Source of the DNA: Magallana gigas
Lineage: Eukaryota
NCBI RefSeq assembly: GCF_963853765.1
Contig: NC_088858.1
Location: 12,090,001 to 12,154,000, forward strand
Direction: 5' to 3'
Length of the DNA: 64,000 nucleotides
Shown: positions 38,269 through 51,409 of the stretch, in pieces
Numbering within the stretch: the stretch's first letter is position 1
Layout: each line of letters starts with the position of its first letter
Made by a program: the position numbers and the translations under genes
The notes under the pieces: model-generated
Database searches by the model: none
Seen by the model: only the letters and a program-made list of their open reading frames with translations
Told to the model about the DNA's origin: nothing

Positions 38269-40680
38269 ATGGGAACCTTAAAGGGTATTTTAATATTTGC
38301 CTTGGTTTTTGAGCAATGTGTGTCCGTCGATATTAATCAAGAGACCATTCAGAAGTTATTTCCTTATTTAAGAAATTACACGGTAATTACCTCCCCGTGT
38401 CTTCAGATATCACACAATTTAATTCGAATAGATTTAGTTGCATTTGGTAAAAAAATAAATCTCGTTCTTGAGCAAGAATTTGAGGATGCGTTTTCAATGA
38501 CAAACCTGACAGTGAATGGCGAAACACTTTCAAAATCTCAGTCCGAAAAATTAATGAAAGAATCTTCACTTGTGAAAGGATATGATAACAATATTCCGGA
38601 TTCTTCATTTGCATTTGGGAAAAGATGTGGTAACAATTATGATGGATTTGTTTCATACAAAAACGAGTTGTACTTTATCGAACCTTTCGAAAAGTACTCG
38701 TTAATTTCGAACAAATCAATTGTGTACAGAAAATCGGATATGGATGAAAGTTACTTTGCATCTCGCATTGATTTCCTTGACGCCAAAATCACGCAAAAAC
38801 AAGCTTTCAATGCCATTAAAAGCTCAATTTTATCAACAAAATATCTTGATATTTCTTATGAAAAGGGCCCTCGTTTTCTTTCAAAACGCGCCGCTACGCC
38901 AACTTCAAGGGCATGTTCCTTACACGTTGTTGCCGATTACATATTTTTTGAAAATATCGGAGGTTCCTCTTTGTCGAAAACAATATCTGAGATGCGCTAT
39001 CAAGTAAGCCAAGCTGATATGATATTCCGAAGCACCGACTTCAATGGAAATGGATATGGCGACAATATTGGATTCGAAATATCCAACATCACCGTATTCA
39101 CTGACCCTAACTACAGCGGCTACTACATGTCGGACCTAAATCTGGATGTCAATGAATACCTAACCACGTTTTCTAAATACGACTTCGACCAATCGTGTCT
39201 GGCTGTGGCTTTTACTTATCGTGACTTCGATCGTGGCGTTGTCGGACTGGCTTGGATGGGATCTTCAAGTTTATTTGGGTATCCTGGTGGTCTTTGCCAA
39301 AGAAGAATACAGTCCGATGGGGTTATGTACAGTTATAACACGGCACTCGTCACCATGCTTAACTACGGCGCGCGATTAAACAGTTACAAGTCATCAATGG
39401 TGTTGACCCATGAATTTGGTCACAATTTTGGGAGTTCGCATGATTCGGATGGTGACCCTTCTTGTTTTTCTGATACATACGGAAATTTCATAATGTATCC
39501 AACAGCTGGCGAGGGTACAAAACCAAATGAAAACAAATTTTCCCCTTGCAGTATAAACATGATTTATCCAGTCATTGTGAACAAAGGTTGGTGTCTTGCT
39601 GATAGAAGTACCCCGTCTTGTGGAAATAGCATCGTAGAGCCAGGCGAAGAATGTGATTGTGGTACCTCGTTTACCTGTGTATACACTGACAACTGCTGTA
39701 CTCCCTCGGACGTGACGAACTCTCCCGACGCGCCGTGTACATTTAGAAGATCGGAAGGCAAAGTGTGCTCACCAAGAACAGGGCTCTGTTGTGAACAGAG
39801 CTGTACATTTACGCCAGCCAGTGTCCAGAAAGTGTGCGGGATCTCCTCAGAATGCCAGGAGACTGTCGTCTGCGATGGAAACAATTCGGTATGTCCCGAC
39901 GCCATCTTTAAGAAGGACAACACTTCATGTGACTCTGATAGAAAATTGTGTGACAATGGAACATGCTCAAAGAGTTCCTGTGAAAGGAACAATCTTGTTG
40001 AATGCCAGTGCACGACTGTGTCTCATGATATGTGTAAACTCTGTTGCAAAGCGCCGAATACTGGTGACTGTAAACCAGCTAACGAGTTTAGTATCCTCTC
40101 CACCACAGGTGACGTCATTATGTTAGCATCCGGGTCATCATGCAATGAATTTACTGGATTTTGTGACTCACGACACACTTGTATCTCTGAAGATCCTAAT
40201 GATGTAATAGACAGACTGAAAGACGCCTTTAGCTCTCAAGTCAGACAAGACATTGGGTTATGGATGAAGAACAATTGGTATTACGTGTTCTTTGGATTGT
40301 TGAGTTTGTTTATGCTCATTATCCTGTTCATTGGTTGTAGAAGAAAAAACGAAAACGTGCAAGGTCGGGCATACCGGCAGGGAAGATTCGAACAGGTGAT
40401 GGCACAAGCAAGGATAGAAAGAGAAAAGCAAGAAAGGAAGATGAATGTCTTGGCGGCCATGTTTGACAAGAGAATTCGAAAAGTACAACACGGCCACGAG
40501 AGTTTGGAATACACGTACGCCGTTGTCCGACTCTCAGTCTTCTTTCCAACAGCAACCAAGGAGGTGATCCGACAGGCGCTGGCCAAGTGTACTTCAGAGG
40601 ACGTGGCAGTCCGACATTTACTGGTCAGTGGCTTCCCGATGAGAAAGATGGTCTGTGCGAAAGACTTTATGGTCAGCTAA
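38269..40680 (+). CDS. Single-exon ADAM10-like metalloprotease-disintegrin (803 aa) with CUE-like cytoplasmic tail
   Basis: Signal peptide, prodomain, RFLSKR processing site, DFDRGVVGLAWMG, zinc motif HEFGHNFGSSHD, Met-turn GNFIMYP, disintegrin CGNSIVEPGEECDCG, Cys-rich region, TM helix WYYVFFGLLSLFMLIILFIGC. Motifs are closer to ADAM10 than ADAM17. AATAAA at 40830. Confidence 0.93.
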   Translation: MGTLKGILIFALVFEQCVSVDINQETIQKLFPYLRNYTVITSPCLQISHNLIRIDLVAFGKKINLVLEQEFEDAFSMTNLTVNGETLSKSQSEKLMKESSLVKGYDNNIPDSSFAFGKRCGNNYDGFVSYKNELYFIEPFEKYSLISNKSIVYRKSDMDESYFASRIDFLDAKITQKQAFNAIKSSILSTKYLDISYEKGPRFLSKRAATPTSRACSLHVVADYIFFENIGGSSLSKTISEMRYQVSQADMIFRSTDFNGNGYGDNIGFEISNITVFTDPNYSGYYMSDLNLDVNEYLTTFSKYDFDQSCLAVAFTYRDFDRGVVGLAWMGSSSLFGYPGGLCQRRIQSDGVMYSYNTALVTMLNYGARLNSYKSSMVLTHEFGHNFGSSHDSDGDPSCFSDTYGNFIMYPTAGEGTKPNENKFSPCSINMIYPVIVNKGWCLADRSTPSCGNSIVEPGEECDCGTSFTCVYTDNCCTPSDVTNSPDAPCTFRRSEGKVCSPRTGLCCEQSCTFTPASVQKVCGISSECQETVVCDGNNSVCPDAIFKKDNTSCDSDRKLCDNGTCSKSSCERNNLVECQCTTVSHDMCKLCCKAPNTGDCKPANEFSILSTTGDVIMLASGSSCNEFTGFCDSRHTCISEDPNDVIDRLKDAFSSQVRQDIGLWMKNNWYYVFFGLLSLFMLIILFIGCRRKNENVQGRAYRQGRFEQVMAQARIEREKQERKMNVLAAMFDKRIRKVQHGHESLEYTYAVVRLSVFFPTATKEVIRQALAKCTSEDVAVRHLLVSGFPMRKMVCAKDFMVS

Positions 40681-42093
40681 AATAGTAATGTTTTCACTTA
40701 TACATGATCGACTATTTTCTTTCACGCATTTTTTTTCTGGTTATATTCTCGATTGTCCGTTATTCATGAAAGTTTTATCTTTTGTACGTTGTTCATTAAA
40801 TTTTGTTACATATTATTCTCAATAATGATAATAAAACTTAATAATGTATTATTCTCAATAATAATGTTTTTTTTTAAATTAATTAAGAAGTATATATATA
40901 TAAAAGTTTATTTTCAACCTAATAGTTAGTACTCCCTTAAAAGCTAAAAGTACGCTGAAGGAGTTTGGATGGGCTACATTCGCCTAAAAATCATTTGTCT
41001 AGCTTAACTGAAGTATAGAGAAAATATTTTAGATTTAAATTTGAAATATTTCTCTATATATATATTTCAATACAGAACACTTTTCCTTAGCAATACGGAT
41101 AGAATGGCACAAAAATGGCCTTGTCCTTTTAAAATGTAGTAGCACGTACCTGTATTAAATAAGCTTTACATTTCGTTATTTGAGTTGGATACATTTGTGT
41201 TGCTTTATTGTTTGAAATTGTACAACAGTATGGCAAATAAAATGTGCAGTAAAATTCATTATGAATTTTTATGTCTCTATATGAAATGAACATGCAATAA
41301 TCGTTGTCGTTATTTCTTATGAAACTTGGATACGTGTGTATGTAAGTATTGTCACTGCGTCGCATTGAATTCTCAAATAACAAATTAAATGTTGAATTGT
41401 TTCTGTTACAAGTGTAATCAAACATACCTTAAAATTTATCCAAACATCTTTAAAATACGTTATGTATGTGTATATTTGATGTACAAACTGAATAACTGCT
41501 ATTGTAATGTGAACAAAGTAAACTGCCAATTTGGAACAATAAACGTCACTTTGTGGTTGTAGTTATCGTAAGGGTAACCATTAATGTTCTATCGTTCAAC
41601 CATCCTTGGTCTCATGACCACATAACCCATGCCATCATATAGGCATCACTTATCCCACGGCAGCCATTTTTCATAACAGAGGTGTAAATACATGTACTCT
41701 TGTTTGATAGGAAGTAGATGCATGATATAAGTGAGAATTTCAAAGAAATTGATATATTAATTCAATAACCACAACCAAAGGACTCCTTTGGTTTTAAACT
41801 TCTAACAAACTGATGACACACTGAAGAGAAACATGAAACGGAGAACCATAAATCTGTGTTTATTATGACAGGCAAACCACTTCCTAAACAAATAATATTA
41901 TTTTGTTAAAGTGTGCGTCCACATTCATTAAGTTGTTTTAATATTGATAGTCGTTCCGAAGACAAATATTGATCTTGGATTGGCTTGTGGTCCTGTGTGG
42001 TTCACGTCGACGTCTTTTGCAGAAAGTAAAACCTGGAGTTTGTTTTGCCTCTCTTCGTCATGGATTTCTTCGATTGGAGAAAAGGAAGTTGAA

Positions 42094-44247
42094 ATGCAGG
42101 GTATTTTCTTGTTTCTGATTTCTTTGTATCTGTTGACTGCATTTATTCATGGTACATGTGTCGACATTTTATCGGGGTGTAAGAAGACCTGCTCTACAAA
42201 TGGGGATTGTGATGTATCTACAGGGTAATACTGCCAGAAACAGCTCTGAATTTTTTTTTTCTTCAAAGCAACTCTCTGTGTACTACCGCTTACTTGAATT
42301 CTGTCACTTTTATATAAATTTTATAATTGGTTAGTTTATTTTCCAATGTCTACGTAAGTAATTGAAATTAAGCACTTGAATATTCATTCATGCAATGAAT
42401 AATAGATATTAGATTTAAACAACTTTATTAATATAAACGTGAACGACTTTTCAAGGTTAATTACTGTTAACGTAGAGTTATCTTTGTAGAGCAAAGGTGC
42501 AGCATCCTCCTTTTAATACAATTGTGATAAATAAATTAGGTCATACATTGTCATATTGAAATGCACAGTCATTTATGACAAATGTAACTTTTATTTGATA
42601 ATTTTGTGATTGAATTTTAGGGATGATTTTTTTTTTGGGGGGGGGGGGTAAATCTCTTGTCAAAGCAACATTGTTCCTTGATGGCATTCTCTATACACAT
42701 ATACAGCATGATGCGATATGCTACAAATGGTCAGGCTTCCCTTTTGCCTAGCTTTGCTTTCTCTCTGAATAGGGAAGTATCAGCTTAAAGCTGAACCACA
42801 CGGAAGGAACGTGACCTTGACGTGGAGGGACTTTTAGCCGCCCGATTACCAGTTCGAATATATTGTGGCAATCTCTTCATCCTTAACAACTACCACGATG
42901 GCATGAAAGAGAGTTGAAGTATGATTATTCTAAAAAAAAAATATGACGTGTTGTATTCCGTAGATGTATTTTATATCATTCACCTCCCTAAAAATTAGAG
43001 CAGATCAGAAATAGCAAATATTGTGTGTGTGTCTAGTGAACACAGCAAAGAATAAGGAGTTTTAAATACTAGTCGCTTTAATTCGAACAGATGTTAATAA
43101 ATATGACATTGAACTCCTTTTCTATATTCAGTACAAGATTTTGAATAACTTAAAACATGCTGCACTTCACCAAAATTACATTATTTTTATTCCAATACCA
43201 GTACTTAAAACCATTATATAGACAAGGCCGATATAGATTATTAAATATATACCACTACAAATAACACCACATTTGACCTTGTTTAATTTTAAGATTTAGG
43301 AAAAACTATACAATATAAACAACTGAGAGTTTATTCATGCAGAAGATAAACTTAATTTTAATTTATTTTATGTTAATGTTTAATCCCAAAATCGGGACAG
43401 AGTTCAAAATATGTTATACTCAACTATTCATATTCTATCTTGTAATTTCCAGCAGTGTTATGTTTTGTTGTTGTGAATGAAAGTATTCATTGAAAGTATA
43501 AAATTCTGTCTTTGGTTGTTCATGCCAATATGAATTGAAGGTAGTGAGCTTTGCAGTAAATATATAGCGCAAACACCACAAAATAAAAAAATAATTATGT
43601 TGTTTATATTTACATATCTCTCTCTCTCTCTCTCTCATTTATTTTCCAGATAAAATGAGTTTTAGTACGAATGTTATCTCTATTTTCGATCAGTATGTTG
43701 CATAGAAGTAACAGGCAGTTTAGCCATAATATGGGTCATAAGCTGCAAAAATTTGGAAGTCTGAAGTGCGTCAAGAATTCCCACACGTCTCATTTGTAGT
43801 AATATGTGCTGTGATTTTCTTATATTATATCCCTTTTCATGTATGTAATATTTATAAGTTAACATTAATTACACATGCAGCATATTTATTTTAACCAACA
43901 TTGTCATTCACTGCTAAATAATGCATTTGAAGTCAGTTTTAATTAGTTCAAGGAATTTGAATATATAAATATTCATACACAGACAAAATTATTAGAAACT
44001 GGTTGTGATGTGATTCGGTTTTGTCAGTAGCTACTTGAACACTCTGAGTCTCGGGAGAGATATTGCGGTACTTAGATGTTTATACGGTATGATATTGACG
44101 TTCATCACTTTTGTAGGTAGGGTCAGCTCCAGAATGTATCTTGAACGACCTTCACCCTGGGACTACTTACTACAGTTGATATATGGAAAGATATCCACTT
44201 TGCGGAATAACAAGAAACAAGCGAAATAATTTCGTTTAAAACATCAG
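42094..44247 (+). pseudogene. Truncated signal-peptide / Cys-rich / FN3 gene fragment, unit A
   Basis: Exons ~42094-42245 (TAA at 42226, donor deleted), 42773-42918 (TAG 42835, TGA 42904), 44117-44247 (5-bp deletion). FN3-like motifs VTLTW and LNDLHPGTTY. Confidence 0.7.
43617..43636. repeat. (TC)10 microsatellite; the unit B copy at 57632-57676 has about 22 units
   Basis: Read directly from the sequence. Confidence 0.9.
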
Positions 44248-45107
44248 GTATTTAACCAAAGAAATGAGGGTGACTGTTTACTAGTATAGAATAAACCAGC
44301 CAGGGGGCAGACAATAGCTAGTAGGGAAAACTGCACAATTGCATCTGGCCGAATTCAATACGGGCAAAACTGTTTGCAAGTGTAGAAGGGTGAAAATAAC
44401 ACAGAGCGAAAATAACCCTGTATACAGTATACATGTACATATAATACAATATACTTGTAATAGAACTATTATGTATTAGTAAATATTCAATTGTCAATAA
44501 TTTTTCATTCCAATCCAAATACTTTAATGTCTTTTTTTTAATAATGCAACCATAGCAAATAATACAGCAAAATAAAATGTTGCCTTGTTTTATATCAATG
44601 TAATATAAAAAGTAATTTCAAAAACTCAACAATCTACTTAATTATATAGCCTCTGCAAATCAAAAATGTTATTTCTGTATTCACAAAATACAGAAAATAT
44701 GCAAATATTAAAAATATCCCAAGCCAAATAGACATTCTTTTCATCAACATTGTTTTTAAAAGTAACACTCAATGCATGTACACATGTAAATAAATCATTT
44801 TGACTCCAATAATGTGAGTTCATATCAAAAACTTGGAATGAGGTAAATTATTAGACTCTGTTTAGATAGTTACTAATGACTGTATATCACATATGCAAAG
44901 AGAAAGCAGATCTCAAACTTTGTGTTTTAGATCCAACACCACCAACAATGAATATAATGTAAATCAAAGAATACTTGATGTTAACTCTCATTTAAATATT
45001 ATATATGATTTCACAGACAGCAGATAAATAACTTAAGAATCAGCAGTTCATGTACATCAATGTATCTTTTCTTTTTCTCAAGGAATTTTCAGGTAAAGAT
45101 ATTCGCC

Positions 45108-48100
45108 CTATTTTGCTACTCTGGGAGTTGGGGTTTTCCATTTTCGGAAACCCACCAGTTTCTCTGATATTTCCCACAGTTTCTTAGCAGCCTCGTCATC
45201 CTGGGCAGCCTTTGATTCCTCCTTGATAGCACAGTCACTATCATAAAATGTAGGAAATGTGTTGACACAATCAATGTTCAAAATATTTTTTGAATAACTA
45301 ACAAATCACTACAAGTAAAAAGCATGCATTTACTAGGAATTTTACCCAAGAAAATCATTGTTTTTCTTAGATTTGGTTAGATCTGCAGCATCCAATCGTT
45401 CTCTCAAAAACTACCTGGCATGTTAAACAAAACATTTATCCTATGTAGAGAACATGTAATAAAATTCCTTGTTTCAAAAGTTTAATGACACCAGGCAGAC
45501 AAGAAATACATGTATGTTGATCACCCATTGCTATGTACTTATATATGTGCCAGTTGCTACATGTATATGTTCAATCACCCTGTTTTCATGGTTCAACAGA
45601 AAAATTATTCTTTTCATTGAATGTGAACCCTTTGGTTAACAATGATTTTCTTTGGGTGACAATTTACAATGTAACCCTTGTTATAATCTAATTTCGTATT
45701 CATAGTATACTTGAATTTCACATGGAAAGAAATTTATTCCAAGCTATCTTAGTTTATGTAAAAGGGCCTGAACCTTATAGTAAATTACATGACTGTGAAC
45801 AACAAAATCTATTCAATGGATTCAGAACAATACATGCCACATGCATATACTAGTACATTCCACACTCCTGGTTTTTTTGTAAGCATGAATAAAATGTATA
45901 TGAAAATACTGATCAGAGAAAAGTAGGTATAATACTACCATAAGAGCCTACAGAAAGTTTTACACACCTGAAGTATTTCCCTGTAACACTAGCTAGGCTT
46001 TCCTTTACAGCACAGTATATAGTGGTCTGAGCTCCCTGTAAAGGAGTTTTGCCGAGGAGATAAATGATGGGGGCAAGCAGGATCCGGAAGTAAAACGGCA
46101 CGCTCCGAGGAAGGTAACGAGTCAGCTCTGTATCCACAACTCCAGGATGTAGTGAATTCGCTGTCACATTTGTTCCTACAGAGTTAAAATTCCAAATAAC
46201 TTTCATACAACCAGACCGAGCCTTGGTGAACACAAAATGGTAAAGTATGAGTTTGAGTTCAAGGATCTGTTGGACAATGCCTTACCTTGCAATCTCCGAC
46301 TCAACTCCCTCGTGAACAATACGTTGGCAAGTTTGCTCTGGCGGTAAACTGTGATACTGTTGTAATTTTTTTCACCGTTAAGGTCATCAAAGTCTAATTT
46401 ATCTGTATCTAATTTAAAAAAATAATAATAATATATCAAGATAATAATGCATGTAATTTAATGTTTAAGATATTTATACAAACTTTTAGATAAGACAATT
46501 AGTTTGATAAGCATGTTCTTCACTTGTTTGAGAAAAGAATACAGTCTAATTAATTTGACAATAGCAAACATCAATGTCCGAGTAAATCTCATGTCTCCCA
46601 CTGTGAGTTTGTTTTTAGTCCTTTCCTACCCCTCTAGTTTTTTTATCATTTGTGTGATGCACTTGGTGAATTAAGGAATAATACCAAAAACTCTAAACCA
46701 TTTGCACTCTTCTATACTGGCATGAAAATATTGTATGAATTGTTGTTTAGATGTTTTCTTAACCTTAATTACTGGTACAAGGTACCAAATATCTGGGGGG
46801 GGGGGGGGATTTCGCATGTAACAAAATTTGCGGAAGTCGGGAAAGTATGTAGCACTTTTTAATTTGCTGCAGTCAATTTTTGTGATTTTAAAAGTTTCTT
46901 ATAGAAAACAATACAAGGTATAAGTTCTGTGTATTCAACATTTTGCGATTGAAAAGAGATCGCGAAAAATGCAACAATTAGATCATCCCAAAAATTGCCA
47001 GATATACGCTACTTTCCTGGTATCTAATCAATACTTTCTTAACTTAATTGGATAATGCTTTCTAACATGATGACGGCATGATTATCAGAATGTAAGGAGA
47101 GTTATCTCCCCCTTCCTTACAAATAGTTGGAAGTGGGAGAGGGTGGAATCACCATGTCTATCCATATCCTTTAATAAATCTGCCTGTAAACTTGATTTAT
47201 TCTGCTGCAAAAAACGAGCAAATAGATTTTTCTAAAATTCACCCATTATGAATCTAAAATTTGTAAAAACTTTATTATATCAAGTTATGATTTGACAATT
47301 TTTTTTTCATTTTGAAGTGTGTTTTTATTTTAACTTTATGTACTTCACTAATTATTTTTTTGAAATTGTGAAATGGCATGATGTTTCGCAAAGATTAAAT
47401 CCCAAATTAAAGAGGCCGAGTGGTCAACAAATTACCCATCAGATCTGCCTCAAACTTTTAAATATGATATTTTGGGCCATAAACTATAACTGTTTAATTC
47501 ATTTTTTTTGTTATCTATATTATACAAAGATCTTCATCTTAAGGATTTAACTAAAGCCTAAAAATTGGCCATGAAGATTAAGCCCTCCAAAAAAATGATG
47601 TATAAAGGAACTATCATGCCTATCTGTCTCTCACTGTCTGTCTATTTGTATGTCTGTCTGTCTGTTGAATTCTATTTCTTACGTGTATGTGCATGGGACG
47701 ACACATTGATGATTCTAGCAGGGGCCGAACTTTTTATTTTATCTAGGAGTAGATTGGTCAACAGGAAATGACCAAGATGGTTCACTCCAAACTGCATCTC
47801 GAAACCATCTTGGGTCTTCCAGTATGGACACATCATTATACCTAAAAAAAAAAAAGAGATTCTTCACAGTGTTATTTATCATACATTTAAAATACACCGT
47901 TAAGTAACAGATGTTCTGATGTTCAGATGACAGTCTAGATCTAATTTTCACTTCCTTTCTTATTAATCTTTTACTGCATAAAATGTAATTTGTAAATTAC
48001 TGTTACCCTATGTATGTGTAATGCATGTATGGTTATGCCAAGAAAGATCTCAAAGTAAACATAGGATATATGATATACAAGCTAGCAGTATTTTCCCTTT

Positions 48101-51031
48101 ATTGGAAAGTAAAAGGCTACAATTTAGTTCTAACGGGCCGGGGTCAAAAGGATTATAGGTCATTTCAGAACCCTTTGGAGAGCTTTCACTAAGCTAGTGC
48201 ATAAACCAGTATGTGCATAGTAAGTTAAACCAGCAAATACAATTTCACATTCATTCATTTAATGGTAAAATAAGACTTACCTGCATTATTTATAAGAATA
48301 TCAATTTTAGGCTCGCTTTTGTTGATGTTGTCAGCAAATTTGCGGATGGAATCTAAGGAGGCCAAGTCTACAATCTTGACAACAATATTCCGGTTGTTGG
48401 ATTTCTTCATGATGTCTGTTGCAGCTCTCTCTGCTCTGATAACATCACGACATGCCAATATCACTTTTGCACCTATCAATTGAAAAAACATCTTTTCAAG
48501 TTATTACATTTAATAATGGGATGTTATTTGATAAAGAAGTTCTCATCTCAAACAATCTTGTTATAAATCCTTTTTCCAGTATGTTTTTAACTATTTCTTA
48601 TAATCGTTGACAAATACAACAGTTACCATAGTCTGTGGGTGCATGTTTTGCTAGTGTACTGTATACTGGAGAATCATCAGTGTTCATGGCTTTTGTGAAG
48701 TAACCCTTGCCCACAAATTTCCCAATGAACGTATATACATGCAAGCATTTGTTTAATATTGATAAACAAAATAGAACCTTTTCAAACGAAAATACTTCCC
48801 CACGAACCAGGATATTTTTGGCTACCCAAGAACATTGATCCCCCACGAATAAACATGCTTCCACAGGAACCATTGTTTAAAGGATATTGTTAAATACGAT
48901 ACCCAGTGAATTGGCCAAAAAATATAATTCTTCAATCTTGCATGTAATTAATTTTTTATATATTTAATTTTCTATTCACTTAAAGGACAGGGTCATTCAC
49001 TCTTAAAGTCTACAAAATCATCAATATCACAATGCGTAATCATTTCTGATATATAAAACAATCCAAGTTATACCAATTTGAATATGTCATTTTTATTCAC
49101 TTGTGTTTTTAAATCATCAAATTCATGGTAGATTTTCTATGATTCATTATATAAGGGCTGCAGACTTATCTTATGAGATATCATCATCCTTTATCAAAAG
49201 TCAAACTCAGCGTCATTTCATAGCTGACCTCTTGACGCCAGATCAATGGCAGTCTCTTTCCCAATGCCTGTGTTAGCTCCTGTGATGATGACAGTTTTTC
49301 CATCAAGTCTTGCTTTGCTGCGACAAACACCTCCAGCAAAATATCGTCTAATGGCAGTAAAACTCACACCTACAAATGTTGTCAAATAAAGACCAAAATG
49401 AAAGCAATGTAGAGGTTGATGCCTGAACATGTATTATCAATTCAGTGAATGGCGAGATTTCTTTGTTCAAGTGCGAAGAGGACAAACATGAAAAGAAGAT
49501 GATATGGTCAGTAAACATATATTACACGTAAATGCAACAGTGGGTTTCTTCAAGTGATGGAACAAATTGTGTACTATTTCGGTTGTAAAAGAAAAAAATC
49601 AATTCTCTGATGCCAAATTAGAGATGTTTGGAGGTAATCTACCGGTATATAAAATTATTGCAATGTCACATTGTCTAAAGTCAACAGAAGTTTATTCCTG
49701 AAGCCTTAAATGATTAAGGTAAACACTATAGCAATTACTAATTTGCCATGCATATAAATCCAGGAACGTGTACAATATTCTATTTCAAATTACGACAGGA
49801 CAGGTAACTTCTACATTTGCAGTGTTTACACACAGGGGCATCGTATCCGCTCTACTCTTTATGACATATTTATAAATAATGCAACACATATATTATTTAT
49901 ATATATGTCATAGAGAGTAGGGCGGATGCGATGCACCTGTGGTTTATACTTCCAAACATATCATGCAAGACTCTAACATTAGTTTTTAGAACTCTTTTCA
50001 CTACCTGTAAAATACAATATGAATAATTATTGCTTTTGGATGAATTTTTAATATTACATGTATATGTTATAAAATGATTGAGATACAGTTCCCACCGAAG
50101 AAAAACCCATCGATTTTTCTCAGAAATGAGATAAATTTCTCAGAAATGAGATAAATGCCGTCTTCTATATTTTTAAAAAATCTGTAATAATGATCCGATA
50201 AGGAAACTGTTAAAAAATTGTAAGATTGTATTTTGAAGGTTTGCTTTGCTTTATTTGAAAAGTTTATTAACGATATCTGCAGAACTGTAGATCCATTAAA
50301 AAAATTCGGGTAGACGGGTCAAAACCGTGCGAGAACTCTTGTCTGGATTTTAGTATGGATGGAACTGTAGCTATATGGTCCGTCACCGGAACCTACGAAC
50401 AGTGAGATATATCGCAAAACTTGCATATTCAGATTCCGTTATTATATGTTGCGTCCCTGGGCTGCGTTCAAGATCGTAGTGGCTAGATAGGGCTAGGTAG
50501 GGGCTACGTTGTTGAACGGTATGCTAGCCTAGCCGCTAGGTAGATATTCGTAGCCTAAATATTTTATGCTAAGCATCGAATTCAAGATGGCCACCTTAGT
50601 TACCACTTTGTAACAAACACGAAATCTATTTATATAGTGATATTTTATTCAGCCTTTAAGTTATAATGAATCTTAACATATATATTTCCGCTTGAAATTA
50701 ACAAATTATGTAAATGTTATAAGTCTTCAGTTGAATATTTCCAACTTCAAATCTGAAACCTAGCGGCTAACCTAGCGGTCCGTTCAGTAGACCTAGATAT
50801 CTACGACCTAGCGGCTAGGCTAGCAGCTACGATCTTGAACGCAGCCCTGGTGTAATACTAATTAAGAGGAAATTCTAGGTAAGATAGTGTTTACAACAAA
50901 CGTTTAAATTCAAAACAGTGTATCAAAAACGAAATATACATGCATTATTTACCTATTCCCACAAGTGAACCAATTAGAAATCGATGTTTTCTTGCAATGT
51001 CCAACATTTCCTCAAAATCTATTCCCGTCAT
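45108..51031 (-). CDS. RDH11/12/13-like SDR, copy 2 (7 exons, 343 aa)
   Basis: Exons 50953-51031, 49229-49369, 48281-48472, 47683-47841, 46286-46408, 45968-46175, 45108-45237; all splice sites and frame intact; YRQSK retained. Confidence 0.9.
50460..50846. mobile_element. PIF/Harbinger-like MITE with CTG 3-bp TSD
   Basis: CTG|GGCTGCGTTCAAGATCGTAG...CTACGATCTTGAACGCAGCC|CTG; absent in unit A. Confidence 0.8.
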
Positions 51032-51409
51032 GCTTTCGTAGATTAGGCCTACACAGATACACAGTAAAATGCCAATCCCGATCATCTGTGATGGAATGGG
51101 ACAATTGCTCACTCTGTAAACGTTTTCACCAGAAGGCATATTATGCTGTATGCTTTTATCATGTAATTAAATTTTTTTCTCAGAATCTCACCTTTTTTTT
51201 CCAAGAATTATCGGAAAATAATATTCCGTCATTTTTCCATTCTAAAATTACAGTTCAAATATAGGTTCCCGCTCACGTTAAGTAAAACGCGGATGGACTA
51301 ATCAATATGGGAACCTTAAAGGGTATTTTGATGTTTGCCTTGGTTCTTGAGCAATGTGTGTCCGTCGATATTAATCAAGAGACCATTAGGAAGTTATTTC
51401 ATTATTTAA

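Noticed and set aside
38269-40680. Link to the intronless human ADAM20/ADAM21 near RDH11/12 on 14q24
   Set aside because: Those belong to a different ADAM clade; this protein has ADAM10-type motifs, so the proximity is treated as coincidence.
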